DNA of 22,985 nt from Octopus sinensis. Lineage: Eukaryota. The DNA lies in assembly GCF_006345805.1 (NCBI RefSeq), contig NW_021824129.1, positions 1 to 22,985 of the forward strand. Reading direction: 5' to 3'. The notes beneath the pieces are model-generated. The model saw only the letters and a list, made by a program, of their open reading frames with translations, searched no databases and was not told the origin of the DNA. Positions 20,871-22,985 of the stretch are shown here, in pieces; position 1 is the first letter of the stretch; every line of letters starts with the position of its first letter. Made by a program: the position numbers and the translations under genes.

Positions 20871-21551
20871 TAGTTACATACTTAAACGAGAAAGAAACAA
20901 AACCCTTTATTTCACACGAAAGAAACACAAATATATATACACATATGTATACAAATAAACGGTATTTTTTAAAGGAAAATGGTTGACAGTTACTTTGAAA
21001 GGTTCTGCTGAATTGTCTATTCCAGATTTTCTCAGACGAGACAGACTGACATTGGCGACTAAGTTGAAATTTAAAGGCAACAGTTAACCTTTCGATTGTA
21101 AAAATAAAATACGATACGCCATGGAGAAGTTGAGTGACCAGCTTTTGTTTAAACACACATACACACTAAGGCATACGCGCTCGCACTTCTAGATAATAGA
21201 ATAAGTTTTCTGAGATTAAGTGTTCCTTGGCAGGATATATGTTTCACAGGAAGTGTTTTTGCTTATAAACAAATCTCTTTTCTGGTCCTCTGTGTCGCCA
21301 TGTTATGTTCAGCATGACTTTTAATGTATGTATGGACACACAGACGGATATGTCGATACATTCTCACGTAAAAATACATATATATGCGTGTGTATTCCGA
21401 TGTACATAAAAGTATAGGTGTGTGTGTGAAGGATGGAAAGTTCTGTATATATAATAACGGAGGTGGTGGCTATTCATTAGAATAGCCACCACCTCCGTTA
21501 TATATATATATACTGTGTGTAGAGCTGGTGATCGGGATGCTGGCGGGTGTT

Positions 21552-21877
21552 ACTCTTATACGTGTTTCAGTCATTTGATTGTGGAGCAAATCGACCCCAG
21601 GATTTATACTTTGTAAGCCTAGTACTTATTCTATCGAATCGCTAAGTTACGGAGACGTAAACACACCAACATCGGTTGTCAAGCGATGTTGGGCATACAA
21701 ACATACACATATGCAAACACTTACATATACATATACGACGGGCTTCTTCCAGTATCCATCTACCAAATCCTGAGGCTATAGTAGAAGACACTTACCCAAG
21801 GTGCCACGGAGTGGGACTGAACCGGGACCATGTGGTTGGTAAGCAAGCTGCTTACTACACAGCCACTCCTGGACCTA
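21552..21877 (-). mobile_element. SINE-B with several internal deletions
   Basis: TTTCAGTCATTTGA...GAGCAAATCGACCCCAG...GACACTTACCCAAGGTGCCAC...ACAGCCACTCCT. Confidence 0.88.
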
Positions 21878-21928
21878 TGTATATATATGTGTGTATGTAT
21901 GTGTGTGTGTACAACAGAGGGATGCATT

Positions 21929-21962
<34 letters not shown>

Positions 21963-22098
21963 AACATATATATGATGTACATAAAATTCTATAAATTCGT
22001 ACACTAAAACATAACCCGTTGCTTTTCTGTAATTTCGTCCCCGTATTTGAACTCGGATTTTGCTAAGTATTTATGGTCAATATCTGTATTACTCGACT

Positions 22099-22677
22099 AC
22101 TGCAAGTTGGCAGAATCTTTAGTACACCGGGGAAAATGCTTAGCCCTATTTCGTCCAGGCACAAGCCTTGGAATTTGGGGGAGGGAGCCTGTTTATTAGA
22201 TCGACCTCAGTACGCGACTGTTACTTGTTTTATCGACCCCGAAAAGAGGAAATGCAAAGTCGACCTCGGCGGAATTTGGACTCAGAACTTAGCTGTAGAC
22301 GAAATACCTATTTCTTTACTACCCACAAGGGGCTAAACAAAGAAGGGACAAACAAGGACAGACAAAGAAATTACATCGACCCCAGTGCGTAACTGGTACT
22401 TAATTTATCGACCCCGAAAGGATGAAAGGCAAAGTTGTCCTCGGCAGAATTTGAACTCAGAACTTAGCGGTAGACGAAATACCATTAAACATTTGGCCTG
22501 GTGTGTTAACAATTCTACCAGCTCGCCGCCCTGTTCTGAGTTAATTTAATGATGCGGTGGACTTTGCCTCTCAGGCTTTCGCGGTGGACAAATTAAGTAC
22601 CAGTTGAACGCTGGGGTGGATAAAAATCGACTGGATCTCTCCTTCGCAATACGGGCCTTGCGCCAAAATTTGAAATC
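22099..22677 (+). mobile_element. SINE-A interrupted by an antisense SINE-A dimer (host halves 22099-22156 and 22531-22677)
   Basis: The head GTTGGCAGAATCTTTAGTACACCGGGGAAAATGCTTAGCCCTATTTCGTCC stops at 22156. The expected continuation GTTCTGAGTT...GGACTTTGCC resumes at 22531. Confidence 0.7.
22157..22530 (-). mobile_element. SINE-A dimer
   Basis: Minus head GGCGGCGAGCTGGTAGAATTGTTAAC. The junction GGGTAGTAAAGAAATAGGTATTTCG is near-identical to those at about 1054 and 12566. Confidence 0.9.
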
Positions 22678-22697
22678 TATATTTCAAAAATAATAAT

Positions 22698-22985
22698 CAG
22701 AATCGTTAAGGCGCAGAGATAAATGCTAAGCGGAATCTCGCCCGTCTGCACGGTCTGAGTTCAAATTCTGCCGAGGTCGACTTTGCCTTTCATCCATTCA
22801 GGGTCGATAAATTAAGTACCCGTTGAGCACTGGGGTCGACCAGTCCCCTCCTCACAATTTTCAGGTCCCCGTGGCTTTAGGCGAGAAAATAGGTTCCAGT
22901 TGAGCGCATTACCTTTCATCCTTTCGGGCTCGTTAAATTAAGTACCATTTGAGTACTGGGGTCGATGTAATTGCTGACTTTGTCC
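22698..22985 (+). mobile_element. Further SINE-A copy (about 22698-22890) and fragment running off the window end
   Basis: GTCTGAGTTCAAATTCTGCCGAGGTCGACTTTGCCTTTCATCC and CCTTTCATCCTTTCGGGCTCGTTAAATTAAGTACC. Confidence 0.85.

Noticed and set aside
20970-21090. Short protein-like frame KWLTVTLKGSAELSIPDFLRRDRLTLATKLKFKGNS
   Set aside because: Too short and unrecognised; no supporting splice structure.

Overview
Eukaryotic, AT-rich, repeat-dominated non-coding DNA (intronic or intergenic). The repeat complement (several tRNA-derived SINE families, R4/Dong-type LINE ends, very dense TA/GT/TACA/AAT microsatellites) strongly resembles octopus (coleoid cephalopod) genomic DNA; this is pattern recognition, not a database result. 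I find no supportable host exon, tRNA, rRNA or CRISPR array. Nearly all listed ORFs are translations of microsatellites. The only recognisable protein signal is two decayed C-terminal fragments of restriction-like-endonuclease non-LTR retrotransposons (R4/Dong-like) at 16511-16860 and 17583-17702. Working labels: SINE-A (GGCGGCGAGCTGGCAG head, often multimeric), SINE-B (CORE-like CCTTGGGCAAGT body), SINE-C and SINE-D (related tRNA heads with two alternative bodies and two alternative tails), and unclassified repeat E. I cannot demonstrate a new biological system. The best leads are: a 105-bp-arm, 96%-identical foldback (11061-11292); an (AAT)n landing pad with five stacked insertions (16232-17970); a complete 2x2 body/tail shuffle among SINE-C/D copies; a putative 2.8-kb non-autonomous Helitron whose 3' terminus is symmetric on both strands; and a template-switch hairpin whose likely pre-switch state is also in the window. 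All alignments were done by eye and boundaries are approximate (about +/-10 nt).
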